Notes under the pieces: generated by a model
What the model saw: only the letters and a program-made list of their open reading frames with translations
Told to the model about the DNA's origin: nothing
The model's database searches: none
Program-made: the position numbers and the translations under genes
Assembly: GCA_036338695.1 (NCBI GenBank)
Contig: JAYZBQ010000048.1
Span: 128,001 to 192,000, forward strand
Source of the DNA: Myxococcota bacterium
GTDB taxonomy: Bacteria > Myxococcota > UBA4151
Length of the DNA stretch: 64,000 bases
Direction of reading: 5' to 3'
Part shown: piece after piece, positions 1 to 9,994 of the stretch
Numbering within the stretch: position 1 is the first letter of the stretch
Layout: each line of letters opens with the position of its first letter

Positions 1-1938
1 GCCAGGCGCCTTCGTCGCATACCGCAGCGTATGATCGGTCGCATCCTGCCAATACAGGGTGAGCGTCCCATCCGGCGCCAGGTCGAGCGCCGTATCCGCC
101 AGGACGTGCACCTCCGAGCGGTTCTCAAGCTGTCGAGCGCCGTTGTCCACGACCTGCTCGTTCGCGATCGTCCCGTCGGGGAGCGCTCGAACGTACAGGA
201 CCTGCTCGTTGCGAATAAAGGCGAGATGTCGGTCGGCGCCGCGGGCGCGCAAGGCGACGAACTGACCGCCCGTGGTTTGCACGTCGACGGCGCGGCCGTT
301 CGGCTCGAGCAGAACCGGGCGGTCGTTGCGCGTATCGTACCAGGCGCCGAGAACCCGCCCTTGGTCATCCGTCATCAGCGTGTTGTGCGCGTTGACGACC
401 ACCTCACCGCCCCGCGGCTGCGCTGGAATCTCCGCAACGCACTGTCCCGACGCGCAAGCCTCACCGTCGCCGCAGCCGGGGTTGCAGTCCTCTGTCGGCG
501 TCACGCAGCGGCTGTCCTCGCCGACACAGACCTGCTCGTCAGGGCACCCGCCCTCACATGCCCACACCGACAGCGGCGAGACCAAGCGGGGGTCGAGCGA
601 CAAGCTGCCGTCCATAAAGCCGAAATCCTCCGCCCCGTTGGGCAGATCGTTGCTGCCGGTGTAGCGGCGCCACTCAGCGGACTGGATGCCTTGATGATCA
701 AAGCGATGCGCCGCTGAGAGGATGTGCGGGATCCCGTTGCGATCGAGCGTCAGCGCGTTGTGGTAACCGACCTCCCCACGCCCATCGAGCTCAAAGATCA
801 GATACTTGTTCGGTCGCGCATCCTCTGCGCAGCTCCCCTGGAGGCACACAAGCCCTGGGGCGCAGACCTCATCACAATCGGACGTCGGCGTCACACAGCG
901 ACCGATCGCCGTGCAGACTTGACCCTCGTCGCAGCCTGCGCCGCAGAGCGACCGAGCGTAGACCAGCGAGCGCTCGTCGACGTCTTGATACACGAGGTGG
1001 ACGGTGCCGTTGCGCGCCACTGCGACCGAGGGAAAGCGACCCGTATCTGCGCCAGCCGCTGACACGCCGAAACGCGGGCCGGAAGGACCACCGGTGACGT
1101 TCTCGGCGTCAGCGAGCGGCAGGCCGTCGACCCACTGCCAGCTCAAGCCCTCCTCGTCGCCGAGTCCGACCCAGAGATCGCCATAGGTGCTGTTGTAGGC
1201 TGCGACGATCGCCTGATCACCCTGCACCGCCACCGCCGACTGAATCCCGGTCACGCCGAGCGGCAGGGGCGCCTTCTCGATGCAGCGACACTCATCGCCG
1301 CTGCGTCCGCATTGCGACATCGACCACTCACCCTCAGCGATGACCTCGGTGTCATACCCTAGGCCACATTGCTGATCACCGCAGGCGCCAGGATCGTCGA
1401 TGCACTGTCCGAACTGTTCGTTCCCGTCCTCACCGCAACAGACCGTCCCAGCACCGCAGGTTCCGCCGCATGGGTTGCGGCAGCGGCAACCGCGCGCGAC
1501 GCAAGCTGCAGTCAGCCCATCTGCGATCTCGACAAAGGCGTCGCTGCACTGGGCGTCGGTCTCACAGACAAAGGGGACGCATTGACGCCACCCACTCTCC
1601 GCTTCGGCTTGGCAGGTCTCGATCGTCGAGCCCTGCTCGCTGCAGAGGTTAGTGCAGTCTGCGTCGGTGTCACATTGAGGCGGAAGACACAGCCCCGAGC
1701 GCGAACAGCGCGCTCCGTCGGGGCAATCGCTGTGCTCAGCGCAGCGCTGGCAGTTCTCTTCGATGACGCCCTTAAGACAGATCGGCTGCCCGTCGCGGCA
1801 GATCCCCTCGTCGCAGAACTGACCTGCGGGGCAGTCCGCCTGGACGACGCACACGCGCGAGACCGGCGTCTCATCGCAGCCACAGCCACCCAGCGACAAC
1901 AACAGCCCTAGCCCAAGGGCGCGTAACGTTTGAATCAC
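1..1938 (-). CDS. Cys-rich lipoprotein with probable beta-propeller region (partial, runs off the window start)
   Basis: Absent from the ORF track because it has no stop in the window. Manual translation from GTG at 1938 (GGAAGG upstream) is open to position 1: MIQTLRALGLGLLLSLGGCGCDETP (lipobox LGGC), repeated CxxxxDC modules, then blade-like motifs AYNSTYGDL, HLVYQDVDERSLVYA, TLYWQDATDHTLRYA. Confidence 0.8.
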   Translation of the reverse strand, partial: MIQTLRALGLGLLLSLGGCGCDETPVSRVCVVQADCPAGQFCDEGICRDGQPICLKGVIEENCQRCAEHSDCPDGARCSRSGLCLPPQCDTDADCTNLCSEQGSTIETCQAEAESGWRQCVPFVCETDAQCSDAFVEIADGLTAACVARGCRCRNPCGGTCGAGTVCCGEDGNEQFGQCIDDPGACGDQQCGLGYDTEVIAEGEWSMSQCGRSGDECRCIEKAPLPLGVTGIQSAVAVQGDQAIVAAYNSTYGDLWVGLGDEEGLSWQWVDGLPLADAENVTGGPSGPRFGVSAAGADTGRFPSVAVARNGTVHLVYQDVDERSLVYARSLCGAGCDEGQVCTAIGRCVTPTSDCDEVCAPGLVCLQGSCAEDARPNKYLIFELDGRGEVGYHNALTLDRNGIPHILSAAHRFDHQGIQSAEWRRYTGSNDLPNGAEDFGFMDGSLSLDPRLVSPLSVWACEGGCPDEQVCVGEDSRCVTPTEDCNPGCGDGEACASGQCVAEIPAQPRGGEVVVNAHNTLMTDDQGRVLGAWYDTRNDRPVLLEPNGRAVDVQTTGGQFVALRARGADRHLAFIRNEQVLYVRALPDGTIANEQVVDNGARQLENRSEVHVLADTALDLAPDGTLTLYWQDATDHTLRYATKAPG

Positions 1939-1960
1939 CGGCACACCTTCCAAGGGAAGG

Positions 1961-4771
1961 TTACCCTGCCTGACGCCGGACGCCAACCCGGCGACGAAGA
2001 ACGATCGCAAGAAACATCACCCAGGCCACCGTGTCCAACGGCGCCGTCTGCGCGCAGGTGCAGCCGCTCACCGGGGCCACCTCACCCGTCGGCGTTATCG
2101 GTGGCGGCGCTGGGGGCTCAACGGGCTCAGGATCATCTAAGCGACACTCGCCCTCATCGTCACACCAGTGATCACGGGTTGGACAGTCCGCAGCCACCCT
2201 GCAACGCCCCTGCGGTGAGCGGCAGATATAATCCGCTGGGCAGACCCGATCAGAGGTCTCTTCCGGGTCGTTGAGGCAGAAGCGACGCTGCCGCCCATTC
2301 GCTGAGATGGATCGGCAGATCGAATCACCGGGACACTGCCGGTCCACCGGACACGCCACCAAGCAGACGTTGCGTCCATCAACCGGGGTGCACCAATTCC
2401 CCTGACCGCAGTCACTGTGCCGCTCACACGGGGCGCAAGCGGCGCAGAAGAAGGGGTCCTCTCGGCACTCATAGTCCACGCAGGCGTCGCCCAATGGGCA
2501 GTCTGAATCCGCCTCGCAAGGGCCCTGCTCGACCACATCTGGGAAGCAAACGGGGTTGTAGTTCCCGCGGCCTGTGACCTCCTCGCAGGTGGTCTCACGG
2601 CAGCCGCCTCGCCCCTGCCGCGTACAACGGCATTGCGGGGTCCCGCAGTGAAAGCCCTCGGGGCAGTAGCCGTCTGAACCTTGCGCCTCGCCCGGGTAGC
2701 ACGGGCACGAACAAAAGGCCTGCTCCTGCGCATCAAGCACCCGCAACCCGCCGGTGCAACGCTCGTCACCCCATCGGCTCCCGCAGCCAGGAAAACCGGG
2801 CACGCAGAGCTTGCCTTGGTCACCCACCGGCGCACAGATCCAGCCGCCGGGACATTCCTCATTTTCAGCGCAGGTCGCCGAGCACAGATTGCGAAAGGTC
2901 TGCCCCTGCGAGACCACCCGGACGCATTGATCGCACGCGTCCGAGCAATTGGCGCCGATGCGTGTGTCAGCCGCCTCTGGCCACTGACAGGCTTTGACGC
3001 CCTCTTCATCCTCTAGGCAGACGCTCTGACCGGGGCAATCGAGGTCCTGGTCACAGCGGCTCGCACACTGACCGTTGCGGCACGTAAAGCAGGCGTCCGT
3101 GCACGCACCCATCAGGGTAAAAGACTGCGCCATCGCGACCGCGTTGGCGGCGTCTACGCGCCCGTACCCAAACCCGACCGAATGCCCCCGCTCATCGTAG
3201 TCGAACACCGACTCGAGATCGACGCCGATGCGCCGTGACCAGTCGACCTGATCGGCGCGGATGCGCTCGGCAGACGCCTGCAGCACCAACCGCACCTGCC
3301 TCGCCGACAACTCCGGGTTGGCAGCGATGATCAACGCGGCGACCCCGGACGCCACGGGACAGGCGCCTGAGGTCCCGCCCATGTCGTTGTGAAAGTCTCC
3401 CTGATTGTAGCCCTCGCCGCCCACTAGATCGGTGGTGCGCAGACCGGGCTCACCATCGAAACAACCCTTCGTCGGCGCCGAGATATCGATGGTCGAGCCG
3501 TAGTTGCTGTAACACGCAAAATCATCGCGGCGCGTCGAGCCCGACACCGTCACCGTCTCAGGGTGCGCCGAGTACGGGTTGCTCTCTGCGTTGAGGAGTC
3601 GATCATTGCCCGCCGCGTAAAGCAGCAACATGCCCTTGCCGCCGCGCCCTTGGGTCATCCCGTCCGCAACCGCTTGCTCCTCAGCGATCGCCATCGGAAA
3701 ATACCGCGCGATGCTCGGTCCCCACGAGTTGTTTACCACCGCGGTGTTCTGAGCGATCAACCAGCGCAGGCCGTCCGCGTGGCTCACGCGACGCTGCGAC
3801 ACACCGACCATGCGAATCGTCACCAACCGGCACTCTGGGCAGACGCCCAAGGTCCCGAGATCATTGCTTCGCGAGGCCACGATCCCGCTCACCGCGGTGC
3901 CGTGACTCTCGCGATAGGGACGCTGCGACGGGCAGCTGTCCGCCCGGCCCCGGCCGTCCGGCCGCTCGATGCACTCGGGGCTTGCGTCGTTGTCACCCTC
4001 GACGAGGTCGTAGCCAGCGAACACCTCGAGGTCCGGGTGATCTCGCTGCGTCCCTGAATCGATCACGCCAACGGTCACGCCCTCGCCGCGTGTCGTATCC
4101 CATGCGGCGACCGCGTTGATCGAGCCCACCACACCACCACCGGCTTGGTGCCAGGTGTCGCCGAAGAGCGGATCACTCGGGTCCCACATCGCCTTCGGGT
4201 GGAAAATCCAGTCGGGCTCAGCCCAGTTGAAGGCGCCGCTTCGATGCAACCGCCGCGCCAGCGCGATCGCGTCGCGCTCACCGGGCACCCTCACGCTCAG
4301 CACACCCGGTAAATTCGGGTAGCGCTGCGCCACGCTCAAGCCAAAGCGACGCAGCAGCTTCGCCTCTTGAGCTGGGTCGCTCAAGCTCAGAACGACCCGC
4401 TCGTCGACGTGCGTGCGGCCGTCGGGGGGCCGCGTCCACACTGGGAAATAATCGCTGATCAGCCCCCGTCGCTCCAATCGTTCGGCCAGACGTAGTAAGC
4501 CCTGCAGGGTGCTCCGCTCACCGAGGTCGAGCTCGATCAGGCGCTGGCGCATAGGCCAGTGACCGGCGAGCCCGGTCGACGCCCCAAGCGCCGCAAGCTC
4601 TTTCTCGACGCCGGCGAGTCGATACGTCCCCGTCGGGCGCACGAGCACAAACCGGCCGGACGCTTTGAGCGCCACCTGCCGCTCCAACCTTTGGTAGCTC
4701 GTGTGCTGGAACCGAGGCGGCACCGAAGCCGGTGGCGACGGGCTCAGCGCAAGCAAACTTACAAACAGCAC
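1961..4771 (-). CDS. S8 (subtilisin-family) serine protease with long Cys-rich C-terminal region and MYXO-CTERM-like sorting tail
   Basis: Catalytic triad motifs VIDSG, HGTAVSG and GGTSGACP, oxyanion AAGN. C-terminus GCTCAQ + hydrophobic helix + RRR. Confidence 0.9.
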   Translation of the reverse strand: MLFVSLLALSPSPPASVPPRFQHTSYQRLERQVALKASGRFVLVRPTGTYRLAGVEKELAALGASTGLAGHWPMRQRLIELDLGERSTLQGLLRLAERLERRGLISDYFPVWTRPPDGRTHVDERVVLSLSDPAQEAKLLRRFGLSVAQRYPNLPGVLSVRVPGERDAIALARRLHRSGAFNWAEPDWIFHPKAMWDPSDPLFGDTWHQAGGGVVGSINAVAAWDTTRGEGVTVGVIDSGTQRDHPDLEVFAGYDLVEGDNDASPECIERPDGRGRADSCPSQRPYRESHGTAVSGIVASRSNDLGTLGVCPECRLVTIRMVGVSQRRVSHADGLRWLIAQNTAVVNNSWGPSIARYFPMAIAEEQAVADGMTQGRGGKGMLLLYAAGNDRLLNAESNPYSAHPETVTVSGSTRRDDFACYSNYGSTIDISAPTKGCFDGEPGLRTTDLVGGEGYNQGDFHNDMGGTSGACPVASGVAALIIAANPELSARQVRLVLQASAERIRADQVDWSRRIGVDLESVFDYDERGHSVGFGYGRVDAANAVAMAQSFTLMGACTDACFTCRNGQCASRCDQDLDCPGQSVCLEDEEGVKACQWPEAADTRIGANCSDACDQCVRVVSQGQTFRNLCSATCAENEECPGGWICAPVGDQGKLCVPGFPGCGSRWGDERCTGGLRVLDAQEQAFCSCPCYPGEAQGSDGYCPEGFHCGTPQCRCTRQGRGGCRETTCEEVTGRGNYNPVCFPDVVEQGPCEADSDCPLGDACVDYECREDPFFCAACAPCERHSDCGQGNWCTPVDGRNVCLVACPVDRQCPGDSICRSISANGRQRRFCLNDPEETSDRVCPADYICRSPQGRCRVAADCPTRDHWCDDEGECRLDDPEPVEPPAPPPITPTGEVAPVSGCTCAQTAPLDTVAWVMFLAIVLRRRVGVRRQAG

Positions 4772-4838
4772 GGTCGTCCCCTCACACCTGAGCGTCTATC
4801 ATGTGCCACAGGGTGACCCGGCTGTCGAAGTTGCGCGC

Positions 4839-5507
4839 CTAATTCGGCGAGGTCAGCTCGGTGACCACCGCATTCTTTGGGGCGTTGAACTGAAAGGTGG
4901 CCTCCGGCAGCTGGGCGTTGTACCGGACCCGGCGAAAAGCGAACCGGTTCTCGTTGCCTCGGTGATCCACCACGACAGAGTGGGTCACTCGGTAGGTGCT
5001 CAGGTCAACAGCGAGCCGGACAAAGCGGTAATATCCGACCGGCTGCTTTGGCTCGAGCTTGAGCAACGCCCGCTTCGCATCTTGCTTGATCAGGCTGACG
5101 TTGTACATCGCACGCAGGCGTCCATCCCCCCACAAAAACCGCAGGGCAGCCTTGAGGTCATCGCCATCATAGCGCCGGCGTACGAACACCTGACCGTCAT
5201 CGAGCTGATGAATCCAGAGGTCTTTGCCATCGAGCACGAAGCGTCGCGGCGCCGGGTGATCATAGCGCCACTCCATCAAGCCGGGTCGTGCAAAGCGAAC
5301 GTGTCCTGAGCTGCGCTGTGTTTTGCGGAAAGCTTTGTTCCGAAAGCTCTGCTCAAACGCGGCGTCGAGGGTCTTTGTGGCGTTGTATTGCGCCTCGACG
5401 CGATCGAGGATCGCGCCCAAACTCGGCTTAGGCGCAGCCGGCGCGGCGGGCGCAGCGTGAAACAGCGGGAGGATGAGACCGAGTAGCTGGCTCAACATAA
5501 CCGTCAT
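4839..5507 (-). CDS. lolA: Outer-membrane lipoprotein carrier LolA
   Basis: Signal peptide, then the LolA pattern AAFEQ...SSGHVRFARPGLMEWRYDHP...FVLDGKDLW...FQFNAPKNA. Confidence 0.85.
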   Translation of the reverse strand: MTVMLSQLLGLILPLFHAAPAAPAAPKPSLGAILDRVEAQYNATKTLDAAFEQSFRNKAFRKTQRSSGHVRFARPGLMEWRYDHPAPRRFVLDGKDLWIHQLDDGQVFVRRRYDGDDLKAALRFLWGDGRLRAMYNVSLIKQDAKRALLKLEPKQPVGYYRFVRLAVDLSTYRVTHSVVVDHRGNENRFAFRRVRYNAQLPEATFQFNAPKNAVVTELTSPN

Positions 5508-5567
5508 CCCTTCGTCGGCGTACGTCGGTCGCCGTCTGTCGGTTTAACGTCATTCACATGAAGCTAT

Positions 5568-6641
5568 TCAGCGACCGCCTTTGAGGACATGGAGCGCAGC
5601 CGGTTCCTCGGCGACCTCAGCCGCAGGCTGCTCGATCGACAACAACGCATCGAGCTCCTCGCACAGCGCCAGCCAACGACGCTCTTCGAGCGTGACGCTC
5701 GATGCGAAGTGACGTCTCAAGCGCTCTTCAAAACTCTGCAGGCCTAACCGGCGCTGCTGAATCTTCTGCGCATAGGCTGTCTCATCGAGCGCGTGCATTC
5801 GCCGCTCGAGCTGGCGCAGCATCAGCGCAAACTGCTGAAGCGGGGCTAAGAAGAGGCTCGCGTCGCGCCGGCTCACATCGGCCTCATGGTCCGCCTCGTG
5901 ACGCCACCGCTCCCAACGACGCCTGACGCGCTGCAGCGATCGCTCGAGCTCCTCAATGCGGCTCACGTCCGCCGGGCGCGACGCCGTGCGAGCGCGTTCG
6001 ACCTGGTCTCGCAGCTGGGCGACGTCGCGCTCGGCGCGTCGTTGTGTGAGGGTCTGACGAAGCCGCTCGGCCTCCAACTCAGCCTCGAGCGCGTCCACGC
6101 GGCTCGCCTCCGCCGGCACATGAGGCTTGGTGCGCCGCCAGCGCCCCATCAAAAATCCGAGCGGTAAGAGCACGAACCACACCGGATGGACCGGCGTCGA
6201 TGGGCTCGGCGGCGGAACCGCCGACGGCGCCACTTGCGGTTCGCCGGCGGGGAGCGGCGCCGCAGCGGCTTGGTTCAACGGACGGTCACGCCAGATCCAC
6301 AGCACCGTCGATGTCCCGACGACCTCAAGCGCGAGGATCTGATGCTGGTCGCCTGAAAAGTCCCATCGCTTGCGCCCTTGAACCTGCCGCTCGGGGACTC
6401 GATCAGGCTTACTGGGCAAGCCCTCGCCGAGCACGCAGCCACGCGCAACGGTGCCGATGCAGGCTCGGTGATCCATCAACTCGAGCACCTGCTGCCCCTC
6501 TCCGCTCCACCAGAGCTGCTCGGGTGGGCGGCTCTGGGCGCGCTCATCGACCGCAGCGACGGCGAGCCGGTCGGCGGCCAGCGCGCCGCGCGCAACCCAG
6601 GCGTCCGTGCTCGACAAACTTGCGAACAGCAGCCAAACCAT
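5568..6641 (-). CDS. Hypothetical membrane protein with cytoplasmic coiled coil
   Basis: TGATG coupling to the upstream gene, one TM segment (VWFVLLPLGFLMG-RWRR), then a heptad-rich E/R/L region. Confidence 0.6.
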   Translation of the reverse strand: MVWLLFASLSSTDAWVARGALAADRLAVAAVDERAQSRPPEQLWWSGEGQQVLELMDHRACIGTVARGCVLGEGLPSKPDRVPERQVQGRKRWDFSGDQHQILALEVVGTSTVLWIWRDRPLNQAAAAPLPAGEPQVAPSAVPPPSPSTPVHPVWFVLLPLGFLMGRWRRTKPHVPAEASRVDALEAELEAERLRQTLTQRRAERDVAQLRDQVERARTASRPADVSRIEELERSLQRVRRRWERWRHEADHEADVSRRDASLFLAPLQQFALMLRQLERRMHALDETAYAQKIQQRRLGLQSFEERLRRHFASSVTLEERRWLALCEELDALLSIEQPAAEVAEEPAALHVLKGGR

Positions 6642-7801
6642 CAATGACCTGTCTCTTCCTTGCGCCGCACCAACCGTGCGCCGAGCAAGACATGCGCAGC
6701 GCGACACACCTCAATCGGTTGCGCCGACAGCCTCGAGAGCAGCTGGGCGAGGCTCCCCCCCTTGCGCAGCAACCCGAGCGCTTCGCGCTCAAGCGGCGCT
6801 AGGCGCGTGAGGTCGAATCCATTGATCACCAAGAGGTTCGGCTCGAGCTGCTCGTCCGGGCGAGGGAGCAGGCTCTGCAAGCGGTTCCACTCATCCTCGT
6901 GGCGAAAGCCCTCCATCAAAAGCTGCTCAACGGTCAGACCCAAGCCCGTCTCACGGCTGAGCTCGTCATGCTCGGGCTCGACCAAAACGACGGCCTGACC
7001 ATCCCGCCAGCGCAAGAGCTCGTAGAACAGGCTCGTCGTCTGCAGCCGAACCGCCGCCAGCAGCTGGTCCGGGCTGATCTGCCCGGCGCTGACGAGCGCT
7101 TTACCCAGCGGCATCCCTTGAGCTGCGCCCGACTCGATAAAGGCCTCGAGCGCAACGCGATCGATGGCTTGAACCGACACCAGAAAGCGCCCCAGACGAA
7201 AACCAGAGCCGACCCCTTGCGCCGTCACAAAGTCGACCCGCCCGTGGCGCATGGTCACGTTGATCCGGCGCTCAGCGGAGCGAATTCGGATCTGCGCTTC
7301 CCAGCGTTGCGCCCTCAGGTACTGCAACAACTCGGGGAGCGGAAAGGCGCTGATGTGGCACCAGATCACCGGCTGCCCTCCCCCTTGCAACCACCCCGGG
7401 TCAAAGGTCCAGTCACGCGCCAACACCGGCGCCGCTGCCGCCTCACCGACCACCTCGTCGCCAGGCGCCAAGAGGGTCTCAACCGCGGCGATCAATCGAT
7501 CGGGTGTAAACGGCTTGGTGAGGTGGGGGAAGCTTGCGCCCGTCCGCTCTTTGCCGCGCTCGATCAACATCAGCACCGGACAGTTTCCACCACGCCCGAT
7601 AGCTGAGCGGAGCTCCTGCGCTTGTTCGCTCCATGAGTCGGCGGCGATGATCAAGACATCGATCTGCCCGGTGACGTGCGTCCGCGCGCTGGCCAGATCA
7701 CCTGCAGCGGCCACTCGGTACCCCTTTTGCCCCAAAACCAGCTGCACGACCCGCTGAACGGTCGGACTTGGATCGATCACCAGCAGCGTACCCGCCATCA
7801 T
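6641..7801 (-). CDS. Atypical receiver domain + DUF4388 (PATAN-like) protein
   Basis: LLVIDPSPTVQRVV...LTKPF receiver fold lacking the acceptor Asp. FPLPELLQYL...RLGRFLV...PLGKALV...YELLRWRDG...LLMEGFRHEDEW is typical of DUF4388. Start placed at MMAGTLLVID. Confidence 0.75.
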   Translation of the reverse strand: MMAGTLLVIDPSPTVQRVVQLVLGQKGYRVAAAGDLASARTHVTGQIDVLIIAADSWSEQAQELRSAIGRGGNCPVLMLIERGKERTGASFPHLTKPFTPDRLIAAVETLLAPGDEVVGEAAAAPVLARDWTFDPGWLQGGGQPVIWCHISAFPLPELLQYLRAQRWEAQIRIRSAERRINVTMRHGRVDFVTAQGVGSGFRLGRFLVSVQAIDRVALEAFIESGAAQGMPLGKALVSAGQISPDQLLAAVRLQTTSLFYELLRWRDGQAVVLVEPEHDELSRETGLGLTVEQLLMEGFRHEDEWNRLQSLLPRPDEQLEPNLLVINGFDLTRLAPLEREALGLLRKGGSLAQLLSRLSAQPIEVCRAAHVLLGARLVRRKEETGH

Positions 7802-7898
7802 GCCCCCGTCGATTTCCTGACGCTCTGAATCCCCATTGCAAATTCTGCGCGCATCGCGTCCCTTAGGGCGAGTCTGCGATGCGGCCAAGGGGAATTCG

Positions 7899-9437
7899 AT
7901 GGCATCCGTTTTAGGGATCGATCTAGGGACGTCGAATTCGGTCGTAGCGGTTTGCGAAGACGGCGCCGTCACGGTGATCGCCGATGATCAAGGTCACCAG
8001 ATTCACCCCTCTGCGGTAGCGTTTATGCCCGATGGGTCCGTGCTGGTTGGGGCGCGTGCGCGTGCCGGCATGATTCAGCGTCCGCACGAGACCGTGGTCT
8101 CCGCAAAGCGGCTGATCGGTCGGCGGGTCTCGAGTGATGAGGTGTCCAAAACGCGCGCTCGAATGGGCTACGAGATCGTCGATCAGGAGCACGGCGTCGC
8201 CGTGCGTGTCCGTCAGCAACTGCACAGCCTTGAGACGATCTCAGCATTGATCCTGCGTCACCTGCGTGACCAAGCGGAGGCTTACCTTGGACGTCCAGCT
8301 CAAAAGGCTGTGATCACGGTCCCCGCCTACTTTGATGACAACCAACGCCAAGCGACCCGGCGCGCAGGGCAGATGGTCGGGCTTGAGGTCTTGCGTATCG
8401 TCAACGAACCGACGGCCGCTGCGTTCTCGTACGGCTACGGAGGCGCGCGCTCCCACCGGATCGCTGTCTTCGATCTCGGCGGCGGGACCTTTGACGTCTC
8501 CATCCTCGAGCTCGGAGAGGGCGCCCTTGAGGTGCTCGCAACAGGCGGAGACACCTTCCTCGGCGGTGATGACTTCGACCAAGTGATCGCCAACAGGGTG
8601 GCTGAGACGATCATGGCGAAGACGAGGCGCGACCCACGCACCGACGCCGCGGCACGTCAGCGCCTCTTGCACGAAGCGGAGCGAGCCAAGTGCGACCTGT
8701 CAGCTCAGACTGAGGTGACGCTCGACCTCAGCGTCCTCGCAGGCGTCCCGATGCAGGCTCGGATCACGCGCTCAGAGTTCAACGATGCGATCAAAGGGTT
8801 TATCGATCGTTGCCTCGCCTTGTGTGCGCAAGCTCTAAAAGACGCTGGACTGCATGTCTCCGAGATCGATGGCGTCGTCATGGTCGGCGGCTCCACGCGC
8901 ATCCCGGCGGTGCGTGAAGCGGTCACAAAGTTTTTTCGCCGAGAGCCTGATCAAGGCATCGACCCGGACCTTGTGGTCGGCGTGGGGGCGGCCCTGTACG
9001 CGCAACAGCTCGACCAACCCGTCGGTCAAAAGCGCCTCTTGCTTGACGTGACCCCGATGACGTTGCGCCTCGCGACCGTCGGCGGCTACACCGAAGCGAT
9101 TATTCAGCGCAACGCGCCCATCCCGACCGAGCGCACGCGCCTCTTCACCACAAGTCGAGACCGTCAAGAGATGGTCTCCTTGAGGGTTTACCAAGGTGAG
9201 GAAGAACAGGAAGAGGACAACACCCTTCTCGGCGAGTTTGTGTTCGGCCCGCTGCCACCAAGGCCGCGTGGAGAGGTTGAGATCGCCGTCACCTTCGCCA
9301 TCGACACCGACGGCCTGGTTCAGGTGACCGCGCTCGACCAAGCCACCGGCCAGGCAGCGGTCGGGCGAATCAACCTGGCGGTCTCGAGCGAGGCGCCCGG
9401 TACGCGCGCAAGCGATCTCCCCACGGTTCGATCATGA
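7899..9437 (+). CDS. Hsp70/DnaK-family chaperone paralogue (no C-terminal helical lid)
   Basis: GIDLGTSNS, TVPAYF, NEPTAAA, DLGGGTFD, GGSTRIP, linker LLLDVTP and a beta substrate-binding domain. Ends at about 512 aa. Confidence 0.92.
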   Translation: MASVLGIDLGTSNSVVAVCEDGAVTVIADDQGHQIHPSAVAFMPDGSVLVGARARAGMIQRPHETVVSAKRLIGRRVSSDEVSKTRARMGYEIVDQEHGVAVRVRQQLHSLETISALILRHLRDQAEAYLGRPAQKAVITVPAYFDDNQRQATRRAGQMVGLEVLRIVNEPTAAAFSYGYGGARSHRIAVFDLGGGTFDVSILELGEGALEVLATGGDTFLGGDDFDQVIANRVAETIMAKTRRDPRTDAAARQRLLHEAERAKCDLSAQTEVTLDLSVLAGVPMQARITRSEFNDAIKGFIDRCLALCAQALKDAGLHVSEIDGVVMVGGSTRIPAVREAVTKFFRREPDQGIDPDLVVGVGAALYAQQLDQPVGQKRLLLDVTPMTLRLATVGGYTEAIIQRNAPIPTERTRLFTTSRDRQEMVSLRVYQGEEEQEEDNTLLGEFVFGPLPPRPRGEVEIAVTFAIDTDGLVQVTALDQATGQAAVGRINLAVSSEAPGTRASDLPTVRS

Positions 9438-9946
9438 GTAGTGAGTGGGCGCGCTGGCGTGAGCAAGTCCTCGACACCGCCGCCCGACTCGATGAGATCG
9501 ACTACTTTCGCCTACTCGGTTGTCCGCCTGAACCATCTCCAGCCACCCTTCGGACCTGTTTTCGGCGCCTGGCGACGAGCTATCACCCCGACCGATACCG
9601 GCAGGTCGATCCAGTGCTCTACACGGCGCTCGAGACGATCTATCGGCGCATCACCGAGGCCTATGCGGTCTTGCGCGACCCACACGACCGCGAAGCATAC
9701 AGCGCCGGCCTGAGCCAGGGCTTTGTCCGCTTCGATCGAGCGCGCGCACACGAGCTGCTCGAGCGCGCACGTCAGACGGTCGAGCCCGGGCAAACCGAGG
9801 CAGGCCGGCGACACTACCAACAGGCTTGCAACGCGCGCGACCGCAACGACCGATACACGGCGCGCGAGGAGATCCGTATGGCGCTCCTGTTCGAGCCGAG
9901 CGAGCCTCAATTTTTGATCCTCGCCGAGCAGTTGAAGGGCGGTTGA
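9434..9946 (+). CDS. J-domain protein with C-terminal TPR-like helices
   Basis: DYFRLLG...YHPD...ITEAYAVLRDP J-domain. ATGA overlap with the Hsp70 gene. Confidence 0.85.
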   Translation: MSSEWARWREQVLDTAARLDEIDYFRLLGCPPEPSPATLRTCFRRLATSYHPDRYRQVDPVLYTALETIYRRITEAYAVLRDPHDREAYSAGLSQGFVRFDRARAHELLERARQTVEPGQTEAGRRHYQQACNARDRNDRYTAREEIRMALLFEPSEPQFLILAEQLKGG

Positions 9947-9994
9947 CCGCCGAGACTGGCTGGCCCATGAAGGGGTCAAGGAGAAGGAGTCGGC

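Noticed and set aside
7802..7972. Apparent head-to-head overlaps of long ORFs (6641-7972/7836-9437, also 26671-28359/28187-30016)
   Set aside because: They disappear when starts are moved to the motif- and RBS-supported downstream codons.
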